Of a DNA stretch of 64,000 nt, positions 11,842 through 26,991 are shown one piece after another. The notes below the pieces were generated by a model that was given only the letters and a program-made list of their open reading frames with translations, made no database searches and had not been told where the DNA came from. Position numbers and translations under genes: made by a program. How positions within the stretch are numbered: the first letter of the stretch is position 1; the number at the start of each line of letters is the position of its first letter. The DNA comes from Chrysomallon squamiferum (taxonomy: Eukaryota; Animalia; Mollusca). The stretch lies in assembly GCA_012295275.1 (NCBI GenBank), contig CM022673.1, forward strand, positions 27,218,001 to 27,282,000, in the 5' to 3' direction.

Positions 11842-13832
11842 ATGACGTGATATGAAAAACACTGTTTTTAATGACATTATACAAAAAATTCAAATGGAAA
11901 TAATCACTATCACTGTTCTCAACCAAATGAACATAAAGAAAAAGAGATAAAATGAAAGAAGAGAAATCACAGAGAAATATTTTAAAAGAAACTTCAAACC
12001 ACATTTTCTGTGGGATGGAAACTTTCTCATTTATGTAGTTAAACAATTTATAAGTTTTCCAGATGACATTCAGTTTGTTTTATTAATAAATCTGTAAATG
12101 ATATCTTGTGTTCAAAACCAACTGCAATATGTAACTTTGTCCACATTGATATAACCTGTATGTATAAATAAGATGTATATTTTTTTATTTATTAAAATAT
12201 GAAATACAAACTGAAATTAACTTGGGCTTTCTTTGTTGTTAAACATAAAACTAATTTTCCTTTCTTCAACATTTTTGAAGGCTGATGTTTTTATTTCAGT
12301 GTGTTAATATTTTATATTGAAAAGTTTAATTTCAAATATATCATCTTATGATGTTTATTTTCCAATTAAAAAATATGTACAAATGTATGTATAAATATAC
12401 ATTAAATGTTTGCATTTAAACCAGAGTATGTCAAACATAAAAATGGAAAGAGTAACAAAATCACAAAGTATGCAAAACACTTTATTTTAATACTTGTGAC
12501 ACTAAAAGTGAAACTGTAGCCTTAACACTAGTAGGTAAACTTAATCAGCAGCTTATATATAAATACACATATATATACACACGCACACATACATACATAT
12601 ACACAAACATACACACATATATGTACACAATATATAACATACATGCATATGTATGAATGTATACATGTATGTATTTATGTATTTTTGTGTATGCATGTTG
12701 TCTGTGTTTGAGTGTGTGTGTTCTTGTGTACACATACACACACACAGACATACGTACACAGACAGACTCATGTATATACATGTTATTTATTGCAAAGTTA
12801 ACATGATGGCTTCCGTGTTAAAGTAACATCTAAAAATATTCATGCAAATATAAAATCCAACAAAAATATGTATTATGAAATATTATTGCATATATAATAT
12901 TATATAATCACTGGATGTACAAAATACTGCTCTTTTCTAATATATACATGTATATCAAAAGTATGTATTTGTGGAGTAATTTTGTACAACTATTTTAAAA
13001 CAATATTCTTCATTTTTAACATTTAGTTACTCTGCTGTGAATTTTCAGGCCAAGTTTCATGTGCATAAGTTACGTAAGTTTCCTCCTATTTAATAATATT
13101 TGATATTGCATATATTATCATCTAATAGTTTAAATCTGTTGTTTTAAACAATTAGGCCCATTTTTAATTTACAAACATATTAACAAAACAGAGACAAGTA
13201 TTTCTGTCTCATTGTTTTTCTTCTTTTTCTTTTTCCTTTTAAAAATATTTTTATCCAATATGTATATTAAAAACATACTTTTATAAAATTCAATAGGATC
13301 TATAATATGTAAAAAATGTATTTATTCTATTATAGTTTGTGTATGAGTTAAAATTGCAGGCAAGAAAAGTTAAAAAGCTAGACATTCCAAATATATAAAA
13401 TTTCAAAAAGCCATATTAAATACTGATAATCAAGATGAAGTATATGTCTGATATCACAGAATGTTTATCATAGGTAGAAATAATTTTTTCAGGCTAATAC
13501 TCACAACCATTGCCAGTAATTACAAATATTTTGGGGGGTTTTGAAATTAAAATCTCCTCAATCTGTTTTAAGGGACAAGATCAGTTACACAACAAATCAG
13601 TGTATTTCAAAGAATCACAATCATGTGAAAGCAAAAAATTTAAACATTCTCTGAGATTCTCTGTACATTCTGATTAACTAATGTAATGTTTAAATAGTGG
13701 TGGAAAATGGTTTTTAAAAAGAATAAAATAAAATACTAAATCACTCCAGAAAGTACAGTCCAAAAAAAAAAAAGAGATATTTAAAAAAAAAAATTTGATG
13801 GTTGTGTTGTGAAATTTTAGTGATTTGCTTCT

Positions 13833-15646
13833 TCATACAGTGACTGGATTTCCACTTCCCACATTCTGATACTCTGTGTTGTACATTTTGGGAGCAGTCA
13901 TTATAGATTTTGTTCCTGGTTTAGGTAGGTTATATGGAGTATCGACAGGACAGTAGTAATTTTCTTTCATCTTCACATCAGATGGAGTGGTGTATGAATC
14001 CTGATGCAGTGTTTTCAGACCCCTAAAATGAAAAACAAAAATAATTTAATGGCATACCGAAATGAGTCTTATGACGCAAATGTAGTAATGTAAAATTCTA
14101 ACAGGAATAGATTTAAAAAACTAGAACATAGAAAAAGTGTTAATGAATTAACTGGTTGCTTGAAAATAGAAAAGTCAGTTACTTACATGTACGGCACAGG
14201 AACCATGGCTTTAGGTAATCTTGGAATTTTAGTTGCTGTCTTGAAAACCATTGTGTCTCTCATTGGTAGCCTTTCCCTGGGCACTGATGCTTTAGGCAGA
14301 GGACTGAAAAACAACAGCAGATAATTTGTACAATATTCAGATCAGATCAGTTTGGATGTGCACAAATTGTATGAAATACAGATACAGTAAAGCATTTGTT
14401 ATTTAGTCATGGTAGTATGTTTACTGGTTTCTCTTGGTTTATGTGCAGTCTTAGAAATAAGAAAGACAAAATGTGCTTACTTGTGCTTTTGGCCATGGCC
14501 CCAGGCTTTTGGATATTCTTCACAGTCCCAGTATGTTGCTATATCCTTCTTAGGATATTTCTTCATTTCATCTGGTCTAAATCTCCTGTGGTCTTTTTGT
14601 GTGACTGACAAATATGGATCAAGGTTCCGCAACAAGGCTTGGTCTTTCACATAATACGGCTGACCTTGGAGTTTAGGGTTTTGTGTGGTACCTTTTCCAT
14701 ACTGAAAATAAAAATACAAACTTTATATATGTTAATTTATTATAGTAACTTATTCAGCAAAGGTTTTCTATTACTCTTAAAGAGAAAAAATGTTAGAATT
14801 TCAAAGAGTATTTAGTTCAATAAAAAAAATAGTAAAAAATAAAGAATAATAATAAATTGTTTTTCAAAAAGATATTTTTCATATAATTATTTGTACTGAA
14901 TTATTAAATAAAATGCTTTTTAAAAGATCAATACTAATTAAAATGAAATCTACTTTAAATATTCCATTTTCAATAACAGATGAAAATAAAATCTTTTTTT
15001 TAAATGCATGTTAACAAACATCTCTGTATACAAGTTTCAACATTCAGTATTATTTTTATAAGCTTTTCTGCATGTAGTAACATAATTTTCTATATCTGAA
15101 ACTGATAAAATGTAATAATTTGCTCACCTTTGTTGGGCCTTCTTTGTGGTGATCTTGTAGATTGAATGGCTGGGGGCCAGCAATTTCATCAAAGTTGTAT
15201 TTGTCTGGTAAGCCTTTCCTTGCACAGAACTGATCTTGTTGTTCTGTTTTTTGGTTTCCCATAGTTAATGGTTTTCTCCAGCCTCCCTGACCAAGCTATA
15301 ACATATAAAACAAAATTATAATAACTGTTGGCGATTAAAGTGCACCCTGTGCACACGAAATAAAAAAAATCTAATAAATATCTTTATTATTTTATTGTTT
15401 TGGTGTTTCTTAGTTAAAAGGTATGACAATAAAATAATATTGTTACAAAACATATGAATATCATCATTATATACCTTTGCCAGATTGGAGTTGTAATGTT
15501 ATTATAGTATATGGCAAGTTGATAGCTGTAATTGTTTTCATGTATTAAAAGAAATTTCAAGAAAATCAATCTGCTCTGTACATGATGTTGTCATGCCATT
15601 TGGCTTTTGCTAACAATGAAGAATGACTATAAATCCTATAAGTAAA

Positions 15647-15679
<33 letters not shown>

Positions 15680-16477
15680 ACAATAAATTACTGACAGTAT
15701 TATTCTTCCCTTATTTTATCATTTACATTTTTATATATGTGATAATAATTTATTTATGTCACAAATAAAACAATTATATGAGTGTATACAACATGTTTTG
15801 GGACTACATACTTATATCATCAGTCATCCATCTGAATAGACATTTAGCATTTAAAAAATTTAAAAGTCACCTTTTCAGCAAGATCTTTGACATAATCGAC
15901 CTTCCAGTGCCCTGGTGCCTTTTTATGCAAGGGAAAGTCATACAGTTGTCCTTTATATTTTTTGTCATGAAAATCTCCATATGTTGTATCATAGGCTCTG
16001 TCCTTAACAATTTCATCTGGTTTTGCTAGAGTTGGGGGAAGAGGCTCTCGAATCCATGTCTGTTAAAAACAAAATAATGGAATATAGTTGAGATACATTT
16101 AAAAAAAAAAAAAAAAAAAATTTAGTAAACATTAAATCATGTATCTTTGATAAACAAATAACTGGCAGTGAAACAATGGTAACAAAATATTAAATATATA
16201 TATATATAATTAATAAATATTTGATATCAATAAGTAATGAATAAACTTTTTACAGCTGTTTATTATAATCTGTCAGTTATAAATTAACCATCTGAATTTT
16301 TATTTAAAGTGAACTCTTGGGTAAATTTCTCATGGGCATATAATCTAATAATTTGGGTATCAGTCCACAATGATGTTAATTTAGTGTCATATATGAGAAG
16401 AGAGAATAGATGCAACTGATATTGTTTTTGGTGTTGCTTTGCTGTATTTTGTTTTGTTGTTGTTGTTTTGTGGGGGG

Positions 16478-16509
<32 letters not shown>

Positions 16510-16878
16510 CTATCCAACGTATTTTAGTATTTTATAAAAATAAGGTTACTAGTGGGATATGATCCAGATACATATAAATCTTGTATCATGCATGATCTAC
16601 TTATTGTTCTGTATAAATGAACAGTTCGAAAAAAAAATGTTTTGTATATAAAATATATGTATTATGAATCATAAAATGAAAAATGTCAGAATATTGTCAT
16701 TGACTGATACATCTAATAAATTAAGATAACTATCAAAACAGAACAGTTTTAGAACATCTATAGATACCTTGAATTCTGAATCCGGAAAATAATAACCAGG
16801 ACGGTACTGATGTCCAATTCCTGTGCTCGTTTGATTCCAGTCCTGCCTTCCTTCACTCTTTAGCTCTTTAAAACTCAT
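13833..16878 (-). CDS. SAXO3: SAXO3-like axonemal microtubule inner protein, 331 aa, 6 exons
   Basis: Exons (minus strand) 16878-16768, 16059-15871, 15295-15128, 14701-14481, 14303-14187, 14022-13833; GT-AG, in phase, 996 nt. Motifs WNQTSTGIGH, EPLPP..DEI..YDTTYG, VKDLAEKLGQGGWRKPLT, LDPYLSVTQKDHRRF and a C-terminal APKMYNTEYQNVGSG resemble vertebrate SAXO3 as I recall it, with Mn-like T/S-x-Y/H-x-F motifs. The gene model is firm; the name is less certain. Confidence 0.7.
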
Positions 16879-17023
16879 TATTGTATTATTCTAGCATTTA
16901 TTATTAAATTCTTCGTTAATAAAATTATTGTTGCTTGAAGCTAATCTGATAATGAGACAAATGATCGTTAAAAAAATATATATATATCAACAGTATCATT
17001 CACCTGTTAAAACTAAGGAACTC

Positions 17024-17037
17024 GCTTCCTTGGTTAC
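17024..17037. promoter_or_regulatory. X-box-like motif GCTTCCTTGGTTAC in the SAXO3-like/TMEM237 intergenic region
   Basis: Degenerate RFX site about 150 bp upstream of the SAXO3-like ATG; both flanking genes are ciliary. Confidence 0.35.
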
Positions 17038-18302
17038 CAGTAAACGGATACCGTTAAATACTGAAAAGACCGTCAATGAACCATTTTGTTCACACACGTA
17101 AACTGGTTTTGTTAATTTCATTTACGATAGTTGTCAGCATTATTTTATTTAGAAAATTAAATAGGCAACCAATACTGCTTTTGAATGAAAAACGAATTTT
17201 TAAGTGATTTTAAAATAATAATAAAAATGATGATACTATCGGTGTATTTTGCAGCTATATATAACAGCTATTTTTATTTATTTATTTATTAATTATTTCT
17301 CATAAATGTATTATTATATTCACTAACGCCTTTCCTACAGATTAAACAATTTATGAATTTTCTTCTTGACAGAAATATAATTTAGAAAGACGATTTTTCT
17401 GCGAAGATTTATACAATTATAACTGTCTACTTAATTATTGACTTTATGATATTATGTTTAGTCGGGTGCACTTTAAAAGATAACATTGAATTACTGACAG
17501 TTTCGGCGAATGACATTTGTGGTGACCATCTACATTACAAATGATTTATGTGGCGTATTTACTATATTTCCATTAACACATAACACTTTTATGTAATGCT
17601 ATTAATTTTTTTTTTTTTATTTATTTATTTTATTTTTTTTTTAAAGAAAGAAAGAAACAACCGTCGTTTTATTGTTATAATTACCAAGATGAAAACTGTA
17701 ATTTCGTTATTATTTTATTATTATTATTGTTTTGTTTGTTTGTTCTTTTTTTTTTTTAAATATTAAAACAATATAACCTAAAATACTTAGATACATTAAA
17801 AATCAGGCACAAGAAAGTAAGTCCCGAGGATAAAGATCACAGATGTGTTTGGACAAAGTTCAGAAGACTAAAAATAATTTGTGACAATACAAGAACTTGT
17901 TGCCTGGTCATTAAGGCTGTTGGTTTAAAACTACGGTTTCACAAAAAAAAAAAAAAAAAATGAACTTACTCGTTAAATAGTTAATTGCAGTGGTAATTCT
18001 ATTAATGTTATTGTTGCTGTTGTTGATAACGTCGCAACTGTTTATTTCAGAAAAATGGGTATTAAATAAATTATTAAATAAAATAAAATATTATAAACTG
18101 TAAGTAATAACTAAGTAAAACGTACTGATTTGATAATTAAAGTACACAAATTCACCTATATTTTTATTTAGTTATTTAAACGTTTTGATGTGTAATGATT
18201 TACATCTAATTTTGATCCATTTCGGTTGTTGAAGATGTAGGTAAATGTTTAACGATATTTCTAAGGGCGATAAGTCATGAATCATTAATCAAGAGCCAAA
18301 AG

Positions 18303-18305
<3 letters not shown>

Positions 18306-18361
<56 letters not shown>

Positions 18362-18692
18362 ACAAACATACATTGAAATGCTGGTAATATATAATAAAAT
18401 TCTAAAGAGAATATATTAATAATATATTTAAATATAGAAAATATAACTTGTTTTCGGAAAATTAAGTGTGGTATTGCATTTTGTCTATTATGAAAACTAT
18501 TTCATGCACCATTAACCACTTAAATTAATGAGTAGGCAATATTTTTAACTTAATTTAATTTTATGTAATTTAATGCATGTATATATTTGTTTGTATTGTT
18601 TCTTTTTCACAGTAGTTACAGATTTGGTGAAAAAAATATATGTGCATGTGTATGTATGTGTGTATATGTAATTAAATAAATAAATATATATC

Positions 18693-18778
<86 letters not shown>
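18306..18778. repeat. (CA)n at 18306-18358 and (GA)n at 18694-18778 immediately upstream of TMEM237
   Basis: Direct reading. Confidence 0.95.
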
Positions 18779-18780
<2 letters not shown>

Positions 18781-18846
18781 AACCAATTTATTTTAGTGTT
18801 ATGAAAACTTTTGGCACGGATTGGTAATATTTTCCTTCGCAACAAA

Positions 18847-21288
18847 ATGGCGCTGGAAGGCAAAGACAATAACACCGAGTCGAAAAAACCACCAATTTCA
18901 CCGAGGCCGAAAGACTGTGGTGACATCCCTGATGTCAAACCTGTCAAAAAGAAGAAGAAGAAGAAGCTGTCAGATTCACAGGATGTAGATCAAACAGATG
19001 AAACTGGAGAAACGAAGCCTCGGAGACGCCGTCGCTCGCAAAGTGCAAGTCAAGACACGGACGCTGAAGTAAACGAATGTAGTAATTTGTCCAGTGAGAA
19101 ACCAGTGACACCCAAGAAAAAGAAAAGAAAACCCAAACTGAAGACTACAGATGGTGATCAGGATAAGACGAAGACAACTACTGAAACAAAAGAGGTAAAA
19201 CTGTCATTATGAATTATCCCTTCACATTTCCCCTTCCACTGACTGCCAGCTGTATTTATAGGAAGTTGCAAATTTATAGTACATCTATCGCATTTAAATT
19301 TTAATTTGCACTATAGTAATGCCAACACGATTTCTTTTTCTGTATATCTAGCACCAGATAACTGTTACAAATAAATAATTATGTTAGAGTCATTTAGTTT
19401 TAAAACAATAACAACAACAAAAAATGATTGTTATTTTATAATATAATACACTGATGTACAGGTTGAAGTTAAAAAACCCAGTGCACATTTTTGCTTTATC
19501 AGATTGTGTTTTAATTTTCCAAGGATGTAGGTGGCAGCAAGGCTAGTTTGTTGACAAATGGCACTGCAGCAAGCACACCAAGAAAGAAGAAAGGAAAGAA
19601 GAAGAAAGCTACAGGACATGCTGTGCATGCTGATGATGAATATCTGGACAATGGTTTAGCTGCTGACTTAGCTTGTGTTAATGATGATATAATAAAAGAC
19701 AATGATCTGAAAGAGGAACCATTATCACTTGTAAACCTTCAGAATAAAGCAAATCTTAGAAGTGAACCTACTCCAAAAGTATATATTGAAATCAACAGTA
19801 AGTCTGTTATACTTTGCTAATAATATATATTCTATAAATTTCCTAGAAATACTTTTCATTTTGAATAAATTCTTATTCTGTAATATGTACTTTTCTGGTA
19901 ATTAATTTAAAACTTTGTAATACATTCTCTCTTTTTTTAACAATATGCTTTGTAAAATTTGTTGTCAACTGAATATTCAACCTACAGATATAATATACAT
20001 TATATACCATTTCATTTCCACATTCTGTTTCTTTAAGTCTCAATAAACCAAAAAATTCATATTTGATTTAGAGGAGTTCACTGTGTGTGCATGTGTGTGT
20101 GTGTTTTTTTTTGTTGCCATTTCATTACATCTTTTTTTATCATTTACACTACGATCTTTATTAAAAATTTAAAAAATCTTCATTTGCAGGAGGTTTTAAA
20201 AAAGAAAGTAAAACACAATATGCAAAACGAGTAGCAGCACAAGAAGTAGAAAAGATAGGATTGCCTGAACCTTCGCGTCAAACAACCATAGACTTTGCAC
20301 TGTCAGTGCACCGGTTCTCAAGACTTTCTGTTTGTTTATTCATGGACTTACAGCGGGCATGGCTTTGTGGCATGTTGTTATTGTTTATGTACTAAGTGCC
20401 TACGATGACTTTGACTTCCTAAGCCACTACCAGCCTCTTGCTTTGCCAGTGCAATGTGTGTTTTATCTTTTACTTGTTTTCTGTACAGTGTCAGCCTGTG
20501 ACAGGTAAGGTATTCTGGTTTCTTCTTTCTTTTTTTTAATTTACTGTTATTATAAATTATCTCCAGATTAATTGGTAATACCATATTCCGGAAATTTCAG
20601 TTCACTGATGTCAAGAATAAAACAACAGCTATTATTATTATATATTTCTAAAGCTATACTTAAGCTATTGTATATATATATAAACATATTGACAGCAAAA
20701 GGTGTTTTTTTTTATGGGTTTTTTCACATTTTAAATGCTATCACAGTGAAAAAGAAATGCATCTTCATGAATTTATTATTTTATTTTAAAATACAATGTT
20801 AATATATTCCTGTTTTTTATTGGCAAAACAAAGTTTAATAGCTGTAATTTTATTATTATTTATTTGATGTTACAGTCACAGCTTGATTGATCCTGATTTT
20901 GTAATCTGGTTAAAACAAATTATTTTTACATAATTTTAAAAACATTTAAAAAAAATTAATAATGGTACATCATGAGAATTAACTAGTTTAGTAAAACATA
21001 CTGAAAGATTTTCCCCTCATTTCCATTTTTTAATGTAGCTGAGTAAACATTTTTTGTTAAATTTATGGTTTTAAAATAATAAATTATTTGGAATTGTTAC
21101 TAGATGTTTTACTATATTCATTTTGAGAAATAAAAGAATATGAAAAAAGCAAAAAACAAAGGAATATGTTTTTAAAAAAAAGATGGGCTAAGCAGAACAT
21201 AAGTGATCAACAAAAAACATAATCATAACTTAATATATTTGTTCTTTTCTCTATTTTATTTTTATTTTAATTTTTAAAACTTTTTACC

Positions 21289-21345
<57 letters not shown>

Positions 21346-22241
21346 TACAGACATATATATGTATATATATTTTAACTCTTTTTTTTCAGATGGGATATAG
21401 GAAATTTAAACGTAAAATTCCTTCTTAAAGCAGTAACATTACACAATGGTGCTGTATCCATCTTAATATATTTTGCTGCAATTATTGTGAGTGTCACTGT
21501 AGTTTCAACCGAAGACAGAATACACCTCTATTATACAAATGAAGACTTGTGGAAAGATCAGAGTGTAAGTTTTAATTAGAAAATTATATTAGCAGGTAAT
21601 ATGGTGAGAAACAATGAATTAAATGGTAAAATATATTAATCACTGTTTAATTTTTTTTAATTTTATCAATAAATACTAGATTTTCATTAAAAAGAAATTG
21701 ATATTAAAGGTTGTTACAAGACAAGAAAAAGGTTTTTTCCACATCAAAAAGTACTACATTTAGAAAAACCCATTAAAATTAAAAATAAAATAAAATGTTC
21801 ATACCAATAGTTGTTAACATTCTTTTTCTTTTAACGTATGGTTTTTAACTTCTTATTTATGATATAAGATTGCTAATTAAGTAATTTTTTCACTTTTATA
21901 TATATATATATTAGAAATTTTATATCAGAAATTTATGTAATAATGTACATATGTATGTGTATTCATTCTTTTATTATTTAGATTACTGTAATAATAATAA
22001 AAAATAAAAACATAGCGACGATTTGACACTCCTTGTTAGCAAATTTTAAATATTTCAGGTTCGAGAATCGGAACTAAGTAGCTGGCGAATAATGAACACT
22101 GCCCGAGGTGTATTAGCCATCCTGGGATGGTTTGTTCTGTCAATCACACCGAATGCCGACAGACTAAGGAAAAGTTTACAGGAAGGGGATGATGATGACG
22201 TTCTCTTGGGCAATGAGGTCTGCATGATATCTCCTGCTTGA
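18847..22241 (+). CDS. TMEM237: Transmembrane protein 237 (ciliary transition zone), about 431 aa, 5 exons, with an apparent 1-nt frameshift in exon 3
   Basis: Exons 18847-19194, 19524-19797, 20190-20504, 21390-21564, 22059-22241. K-rich disordered N-terminus, then TTIDFALSVHR / LKTFCLFIHGLTAGMALWHVVIVYVL...FYLLLVFCTVSACDRWD...LIYFAAIIVSVTVVSTEDRIHLY...WRIMNTARGVLAILGWFVLS: four TM segments matching TMEM237. Exon 3 is one base short near 20312-20320. Confidence 0.9.
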
Positions 22242-25200
22242 CGTCATCACTTAATTTGATTTGCTTTACTTAACCCGAGCTTAGGGCAAGGAAATCGGGA
22301 AATTAAAAATAGTTTTATTATTAGGACGCTCCTTTGCAATTAGACCCTAGCCCTAATCGAATATCTGTGATACTACACAGCTAATGAATGAAATGAAGTC
22401 CTGGTATTGCACAGAAAGTGAACTGTCTTCGACAGGAAGTTATATTTAACATATGTAATTTCAATATTAACAGCTTTCAGCCTAAAAGTTATATTCATAA
22501 TAGAAACATTTTAATTTGATTTTTATTAGTTTTAGCATTTTTATTTTATTATTAAACAAACTTTGTTTTTTGTCTGACTGTTTATCTGATTACATCACTA
22601 AAACAAAGGCTGTTAGTTTTTATAAAAACACTACGTTTTAATAATAAATGAAAACATTTGTGTTGTAATACTGTCTTCAAATTTCAGGCTTAAAAGAAGC
22701 AAAGACAGAAATATATAGATTATGTTTCTATAATTTTTATATATTGTGAGAATAATCAAATCCGTCCTGTTTATCAGTTAATAATCTCTACGATTCCAAC
22801 ACCACCGATAAAACTGTAGAACAGTGTTTTTCTTGGCTTAGATTACAATTATATCAACGTGTGAAGTTTAGAATGTTTTGTTTACAGCATAATCATTTTA
22901 AAAATCATTTATCAGTTAGAAGACATCGATAATGCTATCTGCCAGGGTCAAACAAATTTGTTTTAAATTATTAGCAACTATCAGCAATACATTTCTTATC
23001 CCAGATTGTGACATAAATGGGTCATTGTCCTTGGATTTTTTTTATTTTTTTTATTTTTATTTTTTTATATAAATTTTTACTTTACATAAACTGTCAACTG
23101 GATTTTAATTTTTTTAAATTATTATTTGTTGGTATCCTGTAGTTAAAAACAATTTTTTTGTTTTTACCTTTTTTTTATCCCCAAAAACGAAATATTTTTA
23201 TATATATTTTATTTATTATTTTGTCTCTGTTGAATTACTGAAAATGAACAAAATATAAGTAACTATGTTTTTTTACAGATTTATTTAATTAAAATATATT
23301 ATTTAAAATTAAAAATTAAAAAAAGTACGGGTCATGAAGCATATTCTGATATTAAATATGGTTTTGGATTAAAATGATTTGAACATTTTGTTGTAGTTGT
23401 TATTTTGTTGTTGTTGTTGTTTTTCATTTGTACCAATACATTTTAATTATTATTTTTAACTTTTTAGAAATTAAATAGTTTTAGAAAAATGTTACAGATT
23501 GAAAATTCAGGTATATTATTTATTTTTGTAAGACTTAGATGTGAAAAAGGGAGGAAAAAGTCAGCATTTTTAACTGATGTAAATTTGAAGCACATTTTTA
23601 TTTTACAGATAAAAATATTTAGGTTTTTTATTATTATTACTAGATTACAATTAAAATAATTTTCAAGGTGGCATTTTGTTTTATTTGTGTGTAATAACAA
23701 GTTTTTAGTTATTTTATTTATTTATTATTACTTCATTTTCACTTGAGACATATTGACAGCTTCATAACTTTCTCACAAGCTAATCAACTGAGGTTTTTTT
23801 TTTTTTTTTTATCTGTTTCTTATTTTATTTTTAATCATAATAAATTAGTTGTCAAATTTAGTTGGGGATAAATTACATAAGACTTCAGTTACGATATGGC
23901 TTGCAGACATATTACAAATAATGTATTTTTTAATAATGTTGATATTTTTAACAACCTGCAGTTGAAATTTCCCTTTGGTGGTGTGAACAAATACTATAAA
24001 TATATGTCGATACACGTGTACTTAGAAGTGATTGTTTTATTTGTAGCAGTCATTCATTGCAACTAATAAAGTATGATATTAAAATAACTATGACATGATG
24101 ACGTATGCTGATGGCATTTTTTCTTTTTGTTACGTCATTTGTTTATGATTCATTTATTTAATATTATTAATATCTAGGATGCGAAACCATAAAGAAAGCT
24201 TATCTGGGTTTTTAACATTCTTCAATATAAAATGACGTCACGATAAAGAATAAACGTATGTAACAAATCATATATTTGTTTTACTGTTGCGCCATTATTA
24301 TTAACAAAGTTTGGTTTTAGTCATATAACATGTACACCCATAAATGTCTTTATTTCATTAAAAATAAACAAATAAAGTGTACATATCCAATCTACAGATA
24401 AGGAACGAGTTAATGGTTAAAAAACGAGGGCGGTAATTCTGTAAATAGTCTTTTTTTATATATGTATGCAGATGACAGTTTCATGATAATTTAAAAGACA
24501 AAAAATGTTTTTATGCTATTAACTATCAGCGAGGTAATAAAAACATGAATAAATATAATTAGTTAATGTGAACTTAACACTTTTTAATACCAATGGTTAA
24601 ATTTACAAGTTTTATAATTTTATTAATGCTAATAAGAGATAGGAAATCCGTGGCAACCTGTCCATGGGCTTCTCTTACTGATTAGTTACTGGGTTTGAAT
24701 ACAACCAAAATAGCCTTTGGCCTTTTTGTTTCCTTTACGTATTATGCTTATCTTGGACGTTTTGTGTAACTAATCTAATATTAATCAGTGTCAAACTGAG
24801 ATCAGAAATGACGAACAGCCATAATCAGCGACTAATCGGCGTTTGATGCACATCCGGGGCACATGGCAAGTTGAAGATTTATATTTTGGTTTATGCTCTT
24901 ATAAATATGGAAACCGCATGATACCAAACATTATTTAAGTGCTATAATTTCATAATGAATAATCTATCCACACAAATAATTTAGTTTATTTAAAGAAGAA
25001 AAAAAGAAACAACATTAATTGAGACTGCCATTTTTCTGTATTATTTTTTCTTCCAAACAGAAAAAGTAATATGCTCAAACAGAGTGAATGAAGTTCCAGA
25101 GTGTGTTTATCAGAGTTAATTAATTAATTCTTTCCAAATATAGTTGTGCAGGTTGACCATCACTTACTCGGCAGTCAGTTTCCGGTTCGGTAAACAATCC

Positions 25201-25421
25201 GGCACTAATTTCCACTAGAGCAATTTCACATTTCTTTGTTTTGGAAGCGGAAGTGATGAAGACTTGGTTTCTTATCTAAATCTGTAATAACCTGTAACTT
25301 TAACTTTTATTTTACCTGTGTTTCATTAAAATTCCACTTGATTTTTAATTATTACCATCTTGTTAAGATGTATGGAAGTTATTTTTCATTCATTCATTCA
25401 TTCATTCATTCAATCATTCGA

Positions 25422-25466
<45 letters not shown>

Positions 25467-26991
25467 CTTTTTATTATTAACAAAGATTGATGGTAACAAC
25501 TTTTTTTCTTTTCTAAAAGGTATTTCGGCTGTTTGATCGTATGAAGATCATACATGTGCCTAAAGCAGTAGCGTTTCCTCTGTTTATAACTTAATGTTAA
25601 TTAGGGGGAAAAACTCTTGAATCCGCTGTTTTCTTACGTGTACTTACGGAACGGTGATTAATTCCTGTCCACTTCCTGTCGTCATACCATCATTATTTAA
25701 CAGACCTCGGGAAAATAATCTAGTTTTCAAATTATTCTGAGCCGTGGGCAAAATATATAAGCTTTAAAAAAAATAATAAAAAATATAAATAAATATAAAT
25801 AAATAAAAGTCGTTTATGATGATTATCACAGGAAGTTTACTTTAATGAATACGTCTTCAAACTGATACGCTGACATCTGTAGATTCGCGAGCAAAATTCA
25901 GTAATGGTGGATGCAAAAAATATATATTTAAAGGACGCCATATATATATATATATAAGATAAACATCTTCATCCGATCTTCAAAAATGGCCCCGAACCTT
26001 TCTTCTTCTTTTCAAAAATTATAATTTTGCATTGTATTTTTTTCCGATTAAAGCACTGTGCATATTTTGCTTTCGTATTAACTGACCATACTGAAGCTAC
26101 TCTGTGGTAATTTTTTTTAAGAAAAAAAAAAAAAAGTGAAAAGTCTTTGGTTTAATCATAAAACATATGTCAGTAATTATAGTCATGTTAAGAAGAAAAT
26201 ATACACGGTCAACTGCTTATTACCGATAATGTTTAATTAAAATGTAGGTGATTATTAAATTAAAAATGTATAAACTGTTTTATATAAATAATAATAATAA
26301 TAATAAGTAAATAAGAATTAAACAAATAAACTAACCTAAAATAATAAGTAAGAACTATTATTGCTAGAAAATAAATTCATCAATCAAGTTTGAATCACAT
26401 TGTGCGCAATATTCTCACATTAAACACTCGAAATATATCGAATTTGTTATTGATTTTTGAAATCCATAAAGAGAAAAGTTATATTAAGATTTTCTGTTTG
26501 CAATAAATAAACTAGAATATTTTATAGCTTTCTCCAGTATTTATTTTTAGACTTATAATATACAACCTTAATTCTGCACAATTTTTTTTATAAATTCAAA
26601 CACTTTTCATATTATTACTGTCATGATTATCTTTTTCCTTTAAAGAAAATAAAGAAGCAAAGTATATTTACATATAAGGAAAAGTTTTCTCTTTTTTAAA
26701 ATGAAATGTTTATAGGAAGGTATTTCTATTAAAGAATGCTATGTTTATATATTTAAACAACTTAAATCTAACTTGAGTGGAATCCCATTTAATTACTGAC
26801 GTCCGATAAAATACGTTTCGATTCTTTTCTTACTGAAATAATTCAAAAATATATAATATATATTATTGTTTGAATAAAACCGCAAAATTTTAAACTTTTC
26901 TTTCTACTTCATGTCTAAATTTTCTTGATTCGTTTTCAGATTTAGTTGCACAACTGAATAAAAATACTGCGTGCATTTATCTACTTCCATT

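Noticed and set aside
12545-12781. YVCM/HTHT-type ORFs here and at 9516-9881, 43974-44367 and 52655-52855
   Set aside because: Translations of TA/CA/TG microsatellites.
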